The notes under the pieces: generated by a model
The model's input: only the letters and a program-made list of their open reading frames with translations
Databases searched by the model: none
What the model was told of the DNA's origin: nothing
DNA from: an uncultured Alphaproteobacteria bacterium
GTDB lineage: Bacteria; Pseudomonadota; Alphaproteobacteria; Methylaequorales; Methylaequoraceae
Length of the DNA: 45,061 nt
Assembly (NCBI GenBank): GCA_902567115.1
Contig: CACFLF010000003.1
Coordinates: 1-45,061, forward strand
Direction of reading: 5' to 3'
Position numbers and translations under genes: made by a program
Part shown: one piece after another, positions 1 to 9,620 of the stretch
Layout: each line of letters begins with the position of its first letter
Position numbering within the stretch: position 1 is the stretch's first letter

Positions 1-921
1 AAATCAATTTCAACAAATCCTAAAGATGAATTTATCATTCCTAGCCAAACATTTATCGCAACAGCAATGGCTGTTCATCTGAGCGGGGCAAAACCAGTAT
101 TTGCTGAAATATCAAAAAAAGATTTATGTATTGATATAGATGATATCAAAAGAAAAATAACAAATAAAACAAAAGGTATTATACTAGTACATTTTTTAGG
201 ATTAATAACCGAACAAGTAGAAGAAATTGTTGAATTATGTAGAAAAAAAAAAATTTATTTAATTGAAGATTGTGCTCATGGACCAGGTTCAATTTTCAGA
301 GGCAGACAAATGGGAAACTTTGGTGATATTGCATGCTTTTCATTCTATTCCTCAAAGATTATTACAGGTGGTGAGGGTGGTCTTATTGCTACCAATAATA
401 AAATGATAGCTAACTTTGCAAAAAGTTTCCAATACAGAGGAGCTGATATTTACTCTAGAAATGAGAGATATGTCAATCCAGGAAGAAATGTAAGAATGAC
501 AGAAATAAATGCTCTTCTCATTAGAAAGCAGTTAAAAAATTTAAAAAAATTTCTTAAAACTAGAAGAACTAATGCAAAATTATATTTCAATGCACTAATT
601 GAATTAAAAAAAATAAACTTAATAAATGTTAAGAATTTGTCACAGTCAACTTTCTGGAAATTTCCGGTTTTATTAAATAATAGTTCGAAGAGGAAAAATA
701 TTTTAATGAAACTTCATAAAATAGGCATAATGGCAGATACGACATATACGCCTCCTGCGCACCTGCAACCAATTCTAAAAAGATTATATAAATTTAAAAA
801 GAATAGTCTTCCTATAACTGAAAATATTCTTTCAAGAATAATATGTCTTCCTTGCCATCAATCATTAGAAAAAAAAGATATATTATATGTTTGCCAGAAA
901 TTAATAGAAATTATTGATTAA
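1..921 (+). CDS. DegT/DnrJ/EryC1/StrS family PLP-dependent sugar aminotransferase (5'-truncated by window)
   Basis: Frame is open from base 1 (KSISTNPKDEFIIPSQTFIATAM...). Motifs IEDCAH and SFYSSKIITGGEGG (PLP lysine), C-terminal ICLP. Confidence 0.92.
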   Translation, partial: KSISTNPKDEFIIPSQTFIATAMAVHLSGAKPVFAEISKKDLCIDIDDIKRKITNKTKGIILVHFLGLITEQVEEIVELCRKKKIYLIEDCAHGPGSIFRGRQMGNFGDIACFSFYSSKIITGGEGGLIATNNKMIANFAKSFQYRGADIYSRNERYVNPGRNVRMTEINALLIRKQLKNLKKFLKTRRTNAKLYFNALIELKKINLINVKNLSQSTFWKFPVLLNNSSKRKNILMKLHKIGIMADTTYTPPAHLQPILKRLYKFKKNSLPITENILSRIICLPCHQSLEKKDILYVCQKLIEIID

Positions 922-1612
922 CTCTATACCAGTGAAGATAGCCATACATCAGCCACAATACTTACCATGGTTAAATTATTTTAAAAAAATTGAGGAATGT
1001 GATTTATTCATAGTTCTCGATTCGGTTCAATTTCAGAAAAATGGGTTACATAATCGGAATAAAATTAAATCACCGACTGGCGAGATCTGGTTAACAGTTC
1101 CAATTAAAAAAAAAACAAAGCAAAGTATCATCGAAGTAGAAATTAACAATAAGATAAATTGGAATAAAAAACATTGGGAATCAATAAAACAATATTACGG
1201 AAAATCAAAAAATTTTAAAAGTTATGAAAATGAACTAAAAAAAATTTATAGTTTAGAGTGGACTAATTTAAACGAATTAAATCTACAGCTTATCAAAACA
1301 TTAATGCAATGGATGAAAATATCAACACCAATAAAAAAAAATAGTGAATTGAAAATAAAAGGCGAAAGATCTCAATTAATTTTAAATATTTGCAAATTTT
1401 TTAATGCAAAAAATTATATAAGTGGAATTGGAGGAAAAAATTATTTAGATGAGGGAGCTTTTAAAAAGAGTGGGATAAAAATAGAGTATTTAAGTTTTAA
1501 ACCATACAAGCAATATAAACAAAATTTCATGAAAAATGGCTTTATAAATAATCTTTCTAGTTTGGATGTTATTATGAATTGTGAAATTGACTGGAGAAAA
1601 TTAATTGAGTAA
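914..1612 (+). CDS. WbqC family protein
   Basis: IHQPQYLPW, DSVQF..NRNKI, WLTVP, YISGIGGKNYLD and LSSLD motifs. TTG start at 914 or GTG at 932. Confidence 0.9.
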   Translation: MINSIPVKIAIHQPQYLPWLNYFKKIEECDLFIVLDSVQFQKNGLHNRNKIKSPTGEIWLTVPIKKKTKQSIIEVEINNKINWNKKHWESIKQYYGKSKNFKSYENELKKIYSLEWTNLNELNLQLIKTLMQWMKISTPIKKNSELKIKGERSQLILNICKFFNAKNYISGIGGKNYLDEGAFKKSGIKIEYLSFKPYKQYKQNFMKNGFINNLSSLDVIMNCEIDWRKLIE

Positions 1613-2765
1613 GAAAATTATATTATCTATGACCGGCATTAGATCTGAATATGATATTATGTCAACAGTATATTCTGAGATAAAAAAAAGTTCAAACCTG
1701 GACCTCAGATTAATTATAACTGGAGCTCATCTATCAGAGTCATTTGGAAATACAATTAACGAAATAAAGAAAGATGGCTTCAAAATAGAAGAAAGGATTG
1801 AAAATTTACTAAATTATAATTCAAGCTCCTCAAGAATTAAAGGACTAGGAATTCAAATACAAAGTTTAGTTCAAACAATTACAAGGATTAAGCCTGATAT
1901 ACTCTTAGTTCTTGGAGATAGAGAAGAAGCGATGGCTATAGCTCTTGCTGGTGCATATATGAACATTCCGATTGCTCACGTATGTGGAGGTGATAGAGTT
2001 GTTGGTAATGTTGATGATCAAATAAGACATGCCGTAACAAAATTAGCACATATACACTTTGTAACTAATTATGAGAGTATGAAAAGAGTACTAAAATTAG
2101 GTGAACAGAAGTTTAGAGTTTTTAATGTTGGAAATCCTGGAATCGATAGACTAGTAAAAGTTCCAAAAATATCAATGTCAGAAATATCAAATTTTTTAGA
2201 GTTTAATATAAATTATAAAAACCCTTACATTGTCTTTATTCAACATCCTCTATCATCAGAAGCTAAAGATAGTAAAAAACAGATTTATACATCTCTACGA
2301 GCTTTAAAAGAATTAGGTATTCAAACAATCATGACATACCCAAACTCTGATTATGGAAGTCTTGAAATAATTAATGAGTTAAAAAAATTTAAAGATTTAG
2401 CTTTTTTAAAAGTGACTAAAAACCTTCCCAGAAATATTTTCATTAATCTTTTAAAGAATTGTTCATGTTTAGTTGGAAATTCAAGTGCTGGTATTTTAGA
2501 ATCTCCTTTTTTAAAAATTCCTGTGGTAAATATAGGTAATAGACAAAAAGGAAGACTTAATGCTGGTAATGTCATATTTGTCAAACACAAAAAAGATGAA
2601 ATAAAAAAGGCTATCATAAAAAGTATTTTTAATAAAAAATATAAACAGAAAATAAAAAATATTAAAAATCCTTACGGAAATGGAACTTCGTCTAAAAAAA
2701 TTGTAAAAATTCTAGATAAATTAACTATTAATGATACTCTTTTAATTAAGGATATTACCTATTGA
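1605..2765 (+). CDS. neuC: Hydrolysing NDP-sugar 2-epimerase (NeuC/LegG family)
   Basis: TGIRSEY, LGDREE, RHAVTKLAHIHF, GNSSAG, NIGNRQKGR, NPYGNG. TTG start with GGAG upstream. Confidence 0.9.
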   Translation: MSKKIILSMTGIRSEYDIMSTVYSEIKKSSNLDLRLIITGAHLSESFGNTINEIKKDGFKIEERIENLLNYNSSSSRIKGLGIQIQSLVQTITRIKPDILLVLGDREEAMAIALAGAYMNIPIAHVCGGDRVVGNVDDQIRHAVTKLAHIHFVTNYESMKRVLKLGEQKFRVFNVGNPGIDRLVKVPKISMSEISNFLEFNINYKNPYIVFIQHPLSSEAKDSKKQIYTSLRALKELGIQTIMTYPNSDYGSLEIINELKKFKDLAFLKVTKNLPRNIFINLLKNCSCLVGNSSAGILESPFLKIPVVNIGNRQKGRLNAGNVIFVKHKKDEIKKAIIKSIFNKKYKQKIKNIKNPYGNGTSSKKIVKILDKLTINDTLLIKDITY

Positions 2766-3442
2766 TAATAAATTCTAAAAGTATTTTGTGCGTAGCCCCC
2801 CATCCTGACGATGAAACATTAGGTTGCGGGGGAATATTACAACTTTTAAAAAAAAGAAAAAAAAAGATTCATTGGCTTATATGTACAACCATTAATGGTT
2901 CAAAGAATTTTACGCACTCAAAAATTTTAGAAAGACAAAAACAAATTAATAAAGTTTCAAAACTATTTAAATTTGACTCTGTATTTCAGAGTGACTTTGT
3001 TACTAGTACTCTTGATTCAATACCACTAGAAAAACAAGTGGATTTTTATTCTAATATTATAGATAAAACTAAAGCTGATACAATTTTAGTACCATACAAA
3101 AATGATGTACATTCTGATCATAGAATTGTTTATGACTGTATCATTTCTGCATCAAAATCATTTAGAAAAAGTCAAGTAAAAACTATTTTATCGTATGAGA
3201 CGTTATCAGAGACAAACTTTATTTTACAAAAACAAGAGTCTTTTAATCCCAACCTGTTTGTTGATATAGATAAATTTCTCAATAAAAAAATTAATATTTT
3301 CAAGGAATATAAAGGTGAGATTGGTGAATTACCATTTCCGAGAAGTGAGAAAGCAATTCAAGCTTTAGCAATTTTAAGAGGAACACAGGCAAATGTTAAA
3401 GCTGCAGAAGCATTTATGATTTTAAAACATATTTACGACTAA
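2762..3442 (+). CDS. PIG-L/LmbE family deacetylase
   Basis: APHPDDETLGCGG and HSDH metal-binding motifs, FPRS...RG...AEAF C-terminus. Confidence 0.9.
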   Translation: MIINSKSILCVAPHPDDETLGCGGILQLLKKRKKKIHWLICTTINGSKNFTHSKILERQKQINKVSKLFKFDSVFQSDFVTSTLDSIPLEKQVDFYSNIIDKTKADTILVPYKNDVHSDHRIVYDCIISASKSFRKSQVKTILSYETLSETNFILQKQESFNPNLFVDIDKFLNKKINIFKEYKGEIGELPFPRSEKAIQALAILRGTQANVKAAEAFMILKHIYD

Positions 3443-3450
3443 AAAAAATT

Positions 3451-4137
3451 ATGCAATTAAAAATCAAAGAATGGGATAAATCCTATTTAAACAAACAAAA
3501 TTATGTGTTTTATCCTCACGAGGAAGTAATTCGTTTCTTTGCAAAACATATTGTAAAAAAGAGAGGATTTAATGAATTTGAATATTTAAATAATTCTAAA
3601 AATAAAAAAATTCTTGATTTAGGATGTGGCATTGGAAGACATGTTATATTTAGTCATGAGATGGGTCTTGATGCCTACGGAATTGATATTTCCAGTGTTG
3701 CGATAAAGTTTGCAAAAATATGGGCAAAAAAAAATAATATCAAAAATATTGGATCAAAAATTGTTGAGAGTCAAATTCAACAAATACCATTTAAAGACTC
3801 TTACTTTAATTTTATAATCTCTCATGGTGTCCTAGATAGTATGGCATTTGAATTAGCATTAAGTGCTGCAGATGAAACGTATAGAATTTTAAAAAAAAAT
3901 GGACTATTTTATTGTGATTTAATTTCTAACAAAAATTCTTTGATCAAAAAGAATTTTTCTGGAGAAATAGTCGTTAAAAATAGGCATGAAAAAAATACTA
4001 TCCAATCTTTTTTTAACAAAAAAAAAATTTTAAGACTGTTCAAGAAATTTAAAATAATAGAGATATCTCACATAACTAAAAAAGATATATTTACTAATAC
4101 TTTTCACTCAAGATATCATGTAGTGGTTCAAAAATGA
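3451..4137 (+). CDS. Class I SAM-dependent methyltransferase
   Basis: ILDLGCGIGRH motif I, YGIDIS motif II. Confidence 0.88.
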   Translation: MQLKIKEWDKSYLNKQNYVFYPHEEVIRFFAKHIVKKRGFNEFEYLNNSKNKKILDLGCGIGRHVIFSHEMGLDAYGIDISSVAIKFAKIWAKKNNIKNIGSKIVESQIQQIPFKDSYFNFIISHGVLDSMAFELALSAADETYRILKKNGLFYCDLISNKNSLIKKNFSGEIVVKNRHEKNTIQSFFNKKKILRLFKKFKIIEISHITKKDIFTNTFHSRYHVVVQK

Positions 4138-5021
4138 TAGTTTTAATTACGGGCGCGAATGGCTTTTTAGGAGAAAAAATAATTAAAAATTTATTAATTT
4201 CTGGTACAAAAATAATTGCTGTAAAAAAGAAAATTAATAGCACTCCTAAAATTAAACACAAAAACTTAAAATGGATCTCTTGTGATTTATCAAAAAAAAA
4301 ACTAAACCTGCATACTTTTAAGAATTTTGATCTGGTAATTCATTTGGCAGGAATAATACATTCTTTATCTTTCACACCAAAGGATTATTTACTTAATAAT
4401 GAGTTGTCACTAATAAATACAATCGAATCAGTTAAAAATAAAACAAAAAAATTTATTTTTACTTCAAGTCAAAATATTTTTGGCAATCCTAATAATTGTT
4501 CAGTAGACGAGGAATTTAATAAAAACCCAAGTTTTTCTGAATATTCATGTAGCAAGATTAATTGTGAGAATTGGTTGGAATATTATAGTAATAAATTAAA
4601 TTTAAACATTATTTCTCTGAGGCTCACTGGGTTTATTGATGCTGAGAGTAGTATTTTTAAATATCTTATATCACAGGTAAAAAAAAAATCTTCAGTAGAT
4701 TTGTTTAAAAGTGGAAAAATAACTCGTGATTATTTACACTCAGATGATCTTATTAATCTTTTATTTTTAATTATGAAAAAAAAATTTACAGGTTATCATT
4801 GTTTTAATATTGGTTCGGGTCAAAGAGTTTCATCTAAAGATTTAGCCAAAATAATTTATGGTCAAAAAAAAGTAACTCTGAAGATTAACAATGTAAAAGC
4901 AAAGCCGATAATGGATTCTTTTGTTTTTTCTATAAAAAAGGCAAAAAAAGTACTTAGATTCAAACCTAATACTTTAGAAAATTCTATTATAAAATTCTTA
5001 AATAAGAAAGCTGATGAATAA
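4134..5021 (+). CDS. NAD-dependent epimerase/dehydratase (extended SDR)
   Basis: ITGANGFLG, HLAG, YSCSK (YxxxK), RDYLH, FNIGSG. Confidence 0.85.
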   Translation: MIVLITGANGFLGEKIIKNLLISGTKIIAVKKKINSTPKIKHKNLKWISCDLSKKKLNLHTFKNFDLVIHLAGIIHSLSFTPKDYLLNNELSLINTIESVKNKTKKFIFTSSQNIFGNPNNCSVDEEFNKNPSFSEYSCSKINCENWLEYYSNKLNLNIISLRLTGFIDAESSIFKYLISQVKKKSSVDLFKSGKITRDYLHSDDLINLLFLIMKKKFTGYHCFNIGSGQRVSSKDLAKIIYGQKKVTLKINNVKAKPIMDSFVFSIKKAKKVLRFKPNTLENSIIKFLNKKADE

Positions 5022-6003
5022 ACAAGTTCTTGTTACTGGTGCTGAGGGTTTTATTGGCTCTCATCTAATTGAGATGCTTGTAAAAAAAAATTATAAGGTA
5101 AGAGCTTTCTGTTTATATAACTCTTTTAGTGATAATGGTTGGCTAAAGGATCTTGATGATAAAATTTTAAAAAATGTTCAGATTTTTTATGGTGACATTA
5201 GAGACTTTGATTCTGTTTATGATTCTTTAAAAAAAACCGATATTGTTTTGCATTTAGCAGCTTTAATAGCAATTCCATATTCTTATACCTCCCCGACGTC
5301 TTATGTCCAAACAAATATAGATGGAACATTGAATGTTTTAAGAGCATCTAGGAAACATAATTTAGAACAAGTAATTCATATTTCAACTAGTGAGGTTTAC
5401 GGTAGCGCTCAATATGTTCCTATAAATGAATCTCATCCTCTTGTTGCACAATCACCCTATGCTGCAAGTAAAACTTCTGCAGATCAACTAGCCTACTCCT
5501 TTTATACATCCTTTGATTTGCCAGTCTCTATTGCACGTCCGTTTAATACATTTGGACCTAGACAGTCATTACGCGCGATCATACCTACTATAATGTCTCA
5601 AATAATACGTGATGAAAAAAAAATTCATCTTGGTAATACAAAAACAACAAGAGATTTTAATTATGTAAAAAATACTACAAAAGCTCTATGCGATTTTATT
5701 GGAAATAAAAAAACAATTGGTGAAGTAATCAATATTGGCAGTGGTGTTGAAATTTCTATTGAAGACCTAGTAACACAAATAGTAAAATTATCAGGAAAAA
5801 ATATAGAAGTTTCTAAAGATTCAAAAAGAGTTAGACCTGAGAAAAGTGAGGTTTCCAGATTATGTGCTGATACTAGTAAAGCAAAAAAAATATTAAAAAC
5901 TAAATTTGATTATGATTTTTTTCAAGGTATCACCAAAACCTATGATTGGTTTTTAAAAAACAAAGAATATCTAACAAAACTTTCATCTGAATATGTCAAA
6001 TAA
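5014..6003 (+). CDS. legB: NAD-dependent NDP-GlcNAc 4,6-dehydratase, LegB-like
   Basis: VTGAEGFIGSHL, HLAALIAIPYSY, STSEVYG, QSPYAASK, RPFNTFGPRQS, RPEKSEV. Directly upstream of a LegC-like gene. Confidence 0.85.
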   Translation: MNKQVLVTGAEGFIGSHLIEMLVKKNYKVRAFCLYNSFSDNGWLKDLDDKILKNVQIFYGDIRDFDSVYDSLKKTDIVLHLAALIAIPYSYTSPTSYVQTNIDGTLNVLRASRKHNLEQVIHISTSEVYGSAQYVPINESHPLVAQSPYAASKTSADQLAYSFYTSFDLPVSIARPFNTFGPRQSLRAIIPTIMSQIIRDEKKIHLGNTKTTRDFNYVKNTTKALCDFIGNKKTIGEVINIGSGVEISIEDLVTQIVKLSGKNIEVSKDSKRVRPEKSEVSRLCADTSKAKKILKTKFDYDFFQGITKTYDWFLKNKEYLTKLSSEYVK

Positions 6004-7174
6004 TTTAATAATTGAAGATTTCTACAAAAAACTTGTAAATAATTTAGATCTAAAAAATTTTCCAGTTGGTCTACACGAACCTTTTTTTGATAAAAAAGAT
6101 GAGTTACGAGTTTTAAAAACAATTAAAGATGGTTGGGTTTCATATCAAGGTAAAATGGTTAAGGAATTTGAAAAACGTCTTCAATTGTATTTATCTGTCA
6201 ATCATGCTATACTCGTTACAAGCGGAACATCTGGTCTTTTTTTAAGTTTAAAATCTTTAGGTATAGGTGAGGGTGACGAAGTGATTGTTCCATCACTTAC
6301 CTTTGTTGCTACAGCTAATGCAGTCTGTCAAACAGGCGCTATACCTAATTTTGTAGATAGTTCAGACAAAAATTTTAATATTGACACACAAAAGCTTGAA
6401 AAATATTTGATAAAAATTTCAAAGTTTAATAATAAGGGAGAAAGAATAAATAAATTCTCTCAAAGAAAGATTAAAGCAATAATTCCTGTTCATGTTTTTG
6501 GTTCAAGTTGTGATTTAGATGAAATTTGCAATATTGGAAAAAAATTTAAACTTAAAATAATAGAAGACTCTACGGAAGCACTTGGATCTAAATATAAAAA
6601 AAATAAAATATCAACATACAGAGACCTTGGTGTTATTAGCTTTAATGGAAACAAGATTATTACCACAGGAGGAGGAGGTGTAATATTAACCAATAATAAA
6701 AATGTTGCGAAAAAAATAAATCACCTATCATCTACGGCTAAAGTAGAACACCTATATGAATTCAAACATGATCAAATTGCTTATAACCTAAGATTGCCAG
6801 CACTAAATGCAGCAATGGGCATTAGTCAACTTGAAAAAATTAATTTCATTTTAATGAAAAAAAAAAAGCTTTATTTTCATTACAAAAAAATTTTTAAAAA
6901 TTGTAATTATGGTAAGATTTTTAATCCAAACCTTAATGGTGAGTCTAATAATTGGATAAATAGTTTTATTCTTAGAGATAAATATTCAAAGTCTAAGAAT
7001 AAGTTACTAAAATTTTTAAACAATAAAGGGATATTAGCTCGTCCATTATGGATTCCACTAAACCAATTAAAAATTTTTAGAAATTTTCCCTCAGATAATT
7101 GCGAAAACTCAAACCTATGGTACTCAAAAGTTATTTGTTTGCCAAGCAGTGTAAACTTAGCAGTTAAATTATAA
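5993..7174 (+). CDS. legC: LegC-family aminotransferase
   Basis: LHEP N-terminus, VHVFG, SFNGNKIITTGGGG, HDQIAYNLRLPALNAAMG, RPLW, LPSS. Confidence 0.88.
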   Translation: MSNNLIIEDFYKKLVNNLDLKNFPVGLHEPFFDKKDELRVLKTIKDGWVSYQGKMVKEFEKRLQLYLSVNHAILVTSGTSGLFLSLKSLGIGEGDEVIVPSLTFVATANAVCQTGAIPNFVDSSDKNFNIDTQKLEKYLIKISKFNNKGERINKFSQRKIKAIIPVHVFGSSCDLDEICNIGKKFKLKIIEDSTEALGSKYKKNKISTYRDLGVISFNGNKIITTGGGGVILTNNKNVAKKINHLSSTAKVEHLYEFKHDQIAYNLRLPALNAAMGISQLEKINFILMKKKKLYFHYKKIFKNCNYGKIFNPNLNGESNNWINSFILRDKYSKSKNKLLKFLNNKGILARPLWIPLNQLKIFRNFPSDNCENSNLWYSKVICLPSSVNLAVKL

Positions 7175-7180
7175 TTTTTT

Positions 7181-8254
7181 ATGCCCAAAAAATTTAAAAC
7201 ATACATCATCGCCGAAGCTGGAGTAAATCATAATGGAAGTTTTGCTTATGCAAAAAAGTTAATTTCATTAGCAAAAGAGTGTGGCGCTGATGCTGTAAAA
7301 TTTCAAATATATAAAACAGAAAATTTAGCTCATGAATTAGCTAAAAAGGCACCATACCAAGTCAATAAATATGAATCAAATAATCAGTTTCAAATGTTGA
7401 AAAAATATGAATTAGATTATATTAAATTCAAAAAACTCTATAATTATGCTAATGAAAAAAAAATTGATTTTTTAGCAACACCTATGGATCTTGAAAGTCT
7501 GAAATTCTATTTAACATTAAAAACAAAATATATTAAAATTTCGTCAGGAGATATCAATTTTTACCCGTTATTGTTGGAATCCGGGAAGAGTAAAAAAAAA
7601 ATTATCCTTTCTACTGGAATGTCTAGGATAAATGACATAATAAATGCACTAAGTTTTATTTCTTTTGGAAGGAATCAAAAAAAAAGCCCGAGTTCATACT
7701 TGGAAGTTATTAATTTTGTAAAAAAAATAAGTCTTGAAAAAATACTGAAAAATAAAGTAATTTTACTCCATTGCACTTCGAGTTATCCAGTTCCTTTTGA
7801 AGATATTAATCTAAATGCAATGGAAGAGCTTAAACAAAAATTTAATTTTGAAATTGGTTATTCTGATCATTCAAAAAGTATATTAGTACCCTGTCTAGCA
7901 GTAGCAAAAGGTGCTAGAATAATAGAAAAACACATAACATTAAATAATGATATGATTGGTCCAGACCATAATGCATCTTTTGCAAAAAAAGAATTTAAAA
8001 AAATGGTAGATGCAATAAGAACAACCGAGCTGGTCTTAGGAGTAAGAAAAAAAAAAATAACAAAATCAGAGAGTTTAAATCTTCCTATTGCTCGTCGATA
8101 TATTTATGCAAAACATGACATAAAAAAAGGAGACGTTATTAATTTTGAAAATATGAGTTTTTTACGTCCTAGAAATTCAAATAGAAAAACCAACCCATTA
8201 AAAATATTAGGTAAATATATAAAAAAAGATTTAAAAAAAGGTGAGCAAATTTAA
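7181..8254 (+). CDS. neuB: Nonulosonic acid synthase (NeuB/LegI family)
   Basis: IIAEAGVNHNG, GADAVKFQ, LSTGM, LHCTSSYP, GYSDH, EKHITL, GPDH, C-terminal SAF-like domain. Confidence 0.93.
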   Translation: MPKKFKTYIIAEAGVNHNGSFAYAKKLISLAKECGADAVKFQIYKTENLAHELAKKAPYQVNKYESNNQFQMLKKYELDYIKFKKLYNYANEKKIDFLATPMDLESLKFYLTLKTKYIKISSGDINFYPLLLESGKSKKKIILSTGMSRINDIINALSFISFGRNQKKSPSSYLEVINFVKKISLEKILKNKVILLHCTSSYPVPFEDINLNAMEELKQKFNFEIGYSDHSKSILVPCLAVAKGARIIEKHITLNNDMIGPDHNASFAKKEFKKMVDAIRTTELVLGVRKKKITKSESLNLPIARRYIYAKHDIKKGDVINFENMSFLRPRNSNRKTNPLKILGKYIKKDLKKGEQI

Positions 8255-8346
8255 GAATAAAACTGCTTGTAAATATTTAGTAACTTTTATTAATCCTTAT
8301 TGTATGTAAGTAGACAATATTTTAAAACCGATGAGAAAGCGTAAAA

Positions 8347-8910
8347 ATGGAGAAAAATAAAATTAAAGTTGCTATTTTAGGTGCTGGTGGTCACGCAGGT
8401 GTTTGTTTTGATATTTTAAGTATTAAACAAAAAAAATCTTGTTGCTTTATTACCCCCCATAAAAACAGCAGTCATTTTATTGACCTGGCTTTAACAATGA
8501 CTGACCAGGAATTCTTAAAAAAATATAAACCGCATGAGGTAGAATTGATAAACGCAATTGGCATTGTTCCTGGTAAAAATAAAGAGCTAAGAAAAAAACT
8601 ATTTATTAAATACAAACAGTTAGGATATAAATTTATGACACTTATTCATCCATCAGCAATTATTTCTGAATCGTCTTTTATTGATGAAAGTGCTCAGGTT
8701 ATGGCGGGTTCTATCATTCAAAATAATGTAACTATTAATAAAAATTCAATAATTAATACCGGAACTATAATAGAACATAATTGTAATATTGGAAAAAACT
8801 GTCATATAGCACCAGGTTCAATTTTATGCGGAAATGTTAATATTGACGATGATGTTTTTTTACCAGCCGGTTCTATTATAAAACCTAACTCAGAAATAAA
8901 AAAAATTTAA
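8347..8910 (+). CDS. NeuD/PglD-type sugar acetyltransferase (left-handed beta-helix)
   Basis: GAGGHA N-terminal domain, IHPSA, hexapeptide repeats with IIEH (catalytic His). Confidence 0.88.
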   Translation: MEKNKIKVAILGAGGHAGVCFDILSIKQKKSCCFITPHKNSSHFIDLALTMTDQEFLKKYKPHEVELINAIGIVPGKNKELRKKLFIKYKQLGYKFMTLIHPSAIISESSFIDESAQVMAGSIIQNNVTINKNSIINTGTIIEHNCNIGKNCHIAPGSILCGNVNIDDDVFLPAGSIIKPNSEIKKI

Positions 8911-8926
8911 ATAAAAAGCTATTGTT

Positions 8927-9613
8927 GTGATAAATAATAAAAAGGTAGTTGCTATAATCCCTGCAAGAGGGGGATCAAAAAGACTTCCCAAAAAAAATAT
9001 TAAAAAATTTTTAGGTTACCCTCTTTTATCCTGGACTATTCGAGCCGCTCAAGAATCAAAATTTATAGATAAAATTATTCTTTCATCAGAAGATGAAAGT
9101 ATTTTGAAAATAGCAAGATCTTATGGCTCTGAAATACCTTTAAAGCGACCAAAAAATTTAGCTTATGACAATTCTGAATCTTTTGAAGTAATTAAATATG
9201 TATTGGATAAAATTGGTAATGATTTTTTCTACATAATTTTACTTCAACCCACTTCTCCATTGAGAACAGATAAAGATATTGATAATTGTATAAAAGAATT
9301 TATTAAAAAAAAATCTACTAGCTGTGTCTCAGCTTTTAAATTTCATAAAAGTTTAAATATTTTTATTGAAAAAAAATCAAATACGATTGGGAACGTTTTT
9401 TCAGATAAAAATAAACCTAACAAATATTATGTTTTAAATGGTGCTATATACTTAACAGATAAATATACATTAATGAGGAATAAGGGATTTATATCTGATA
9501 ATACCTTGTTATTTGAAATGCCTTTAAGCAAGTCAATTGATATTGATACTATTGACGACTTTGAGATAGCTGAGTTTTTTGGTAAAAAAATAAATATTAA
9601 ATTTAAAGACTAA
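8927..9613 (+). CDS. neuA: Acylneuraminate cytidylyltransferase (NeuA/LegF family)
   Basis: IIPARGGSKRLPKKNI, LQPTSPLR, NGAIY, SIDIDT. GTG start. Confidence 0.92.
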   Translation: MINNKKVVAIIPARGGSKRLPKKNIKKFLGYPLLSWTIRAAQESKFIDKIILSSEDESILKIARSYGSEIPLKRPKNLAYDNSESFEVIKYVLDKIGNDFFYIILLQPTSPLRTDKDIDNCIKEFIKKKSTSCVSAFKFHKSLNIFIEKKSNTIGNVFSDKNKPNKYYVLNGAIYLTDKYTLMRNKGFISDNTLLFEMPLSKSIDIDTIDDFEIAEFFGKKINIKFKD

Positions 9614-9620
9614 AATAAAA

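Noticed and set aside
8255-8346. 92 bp gap after neuB as an internal promoter or small RNA
   Set aside because: Only weak AT-rich -35/-10 look-alikes and no stable structure.
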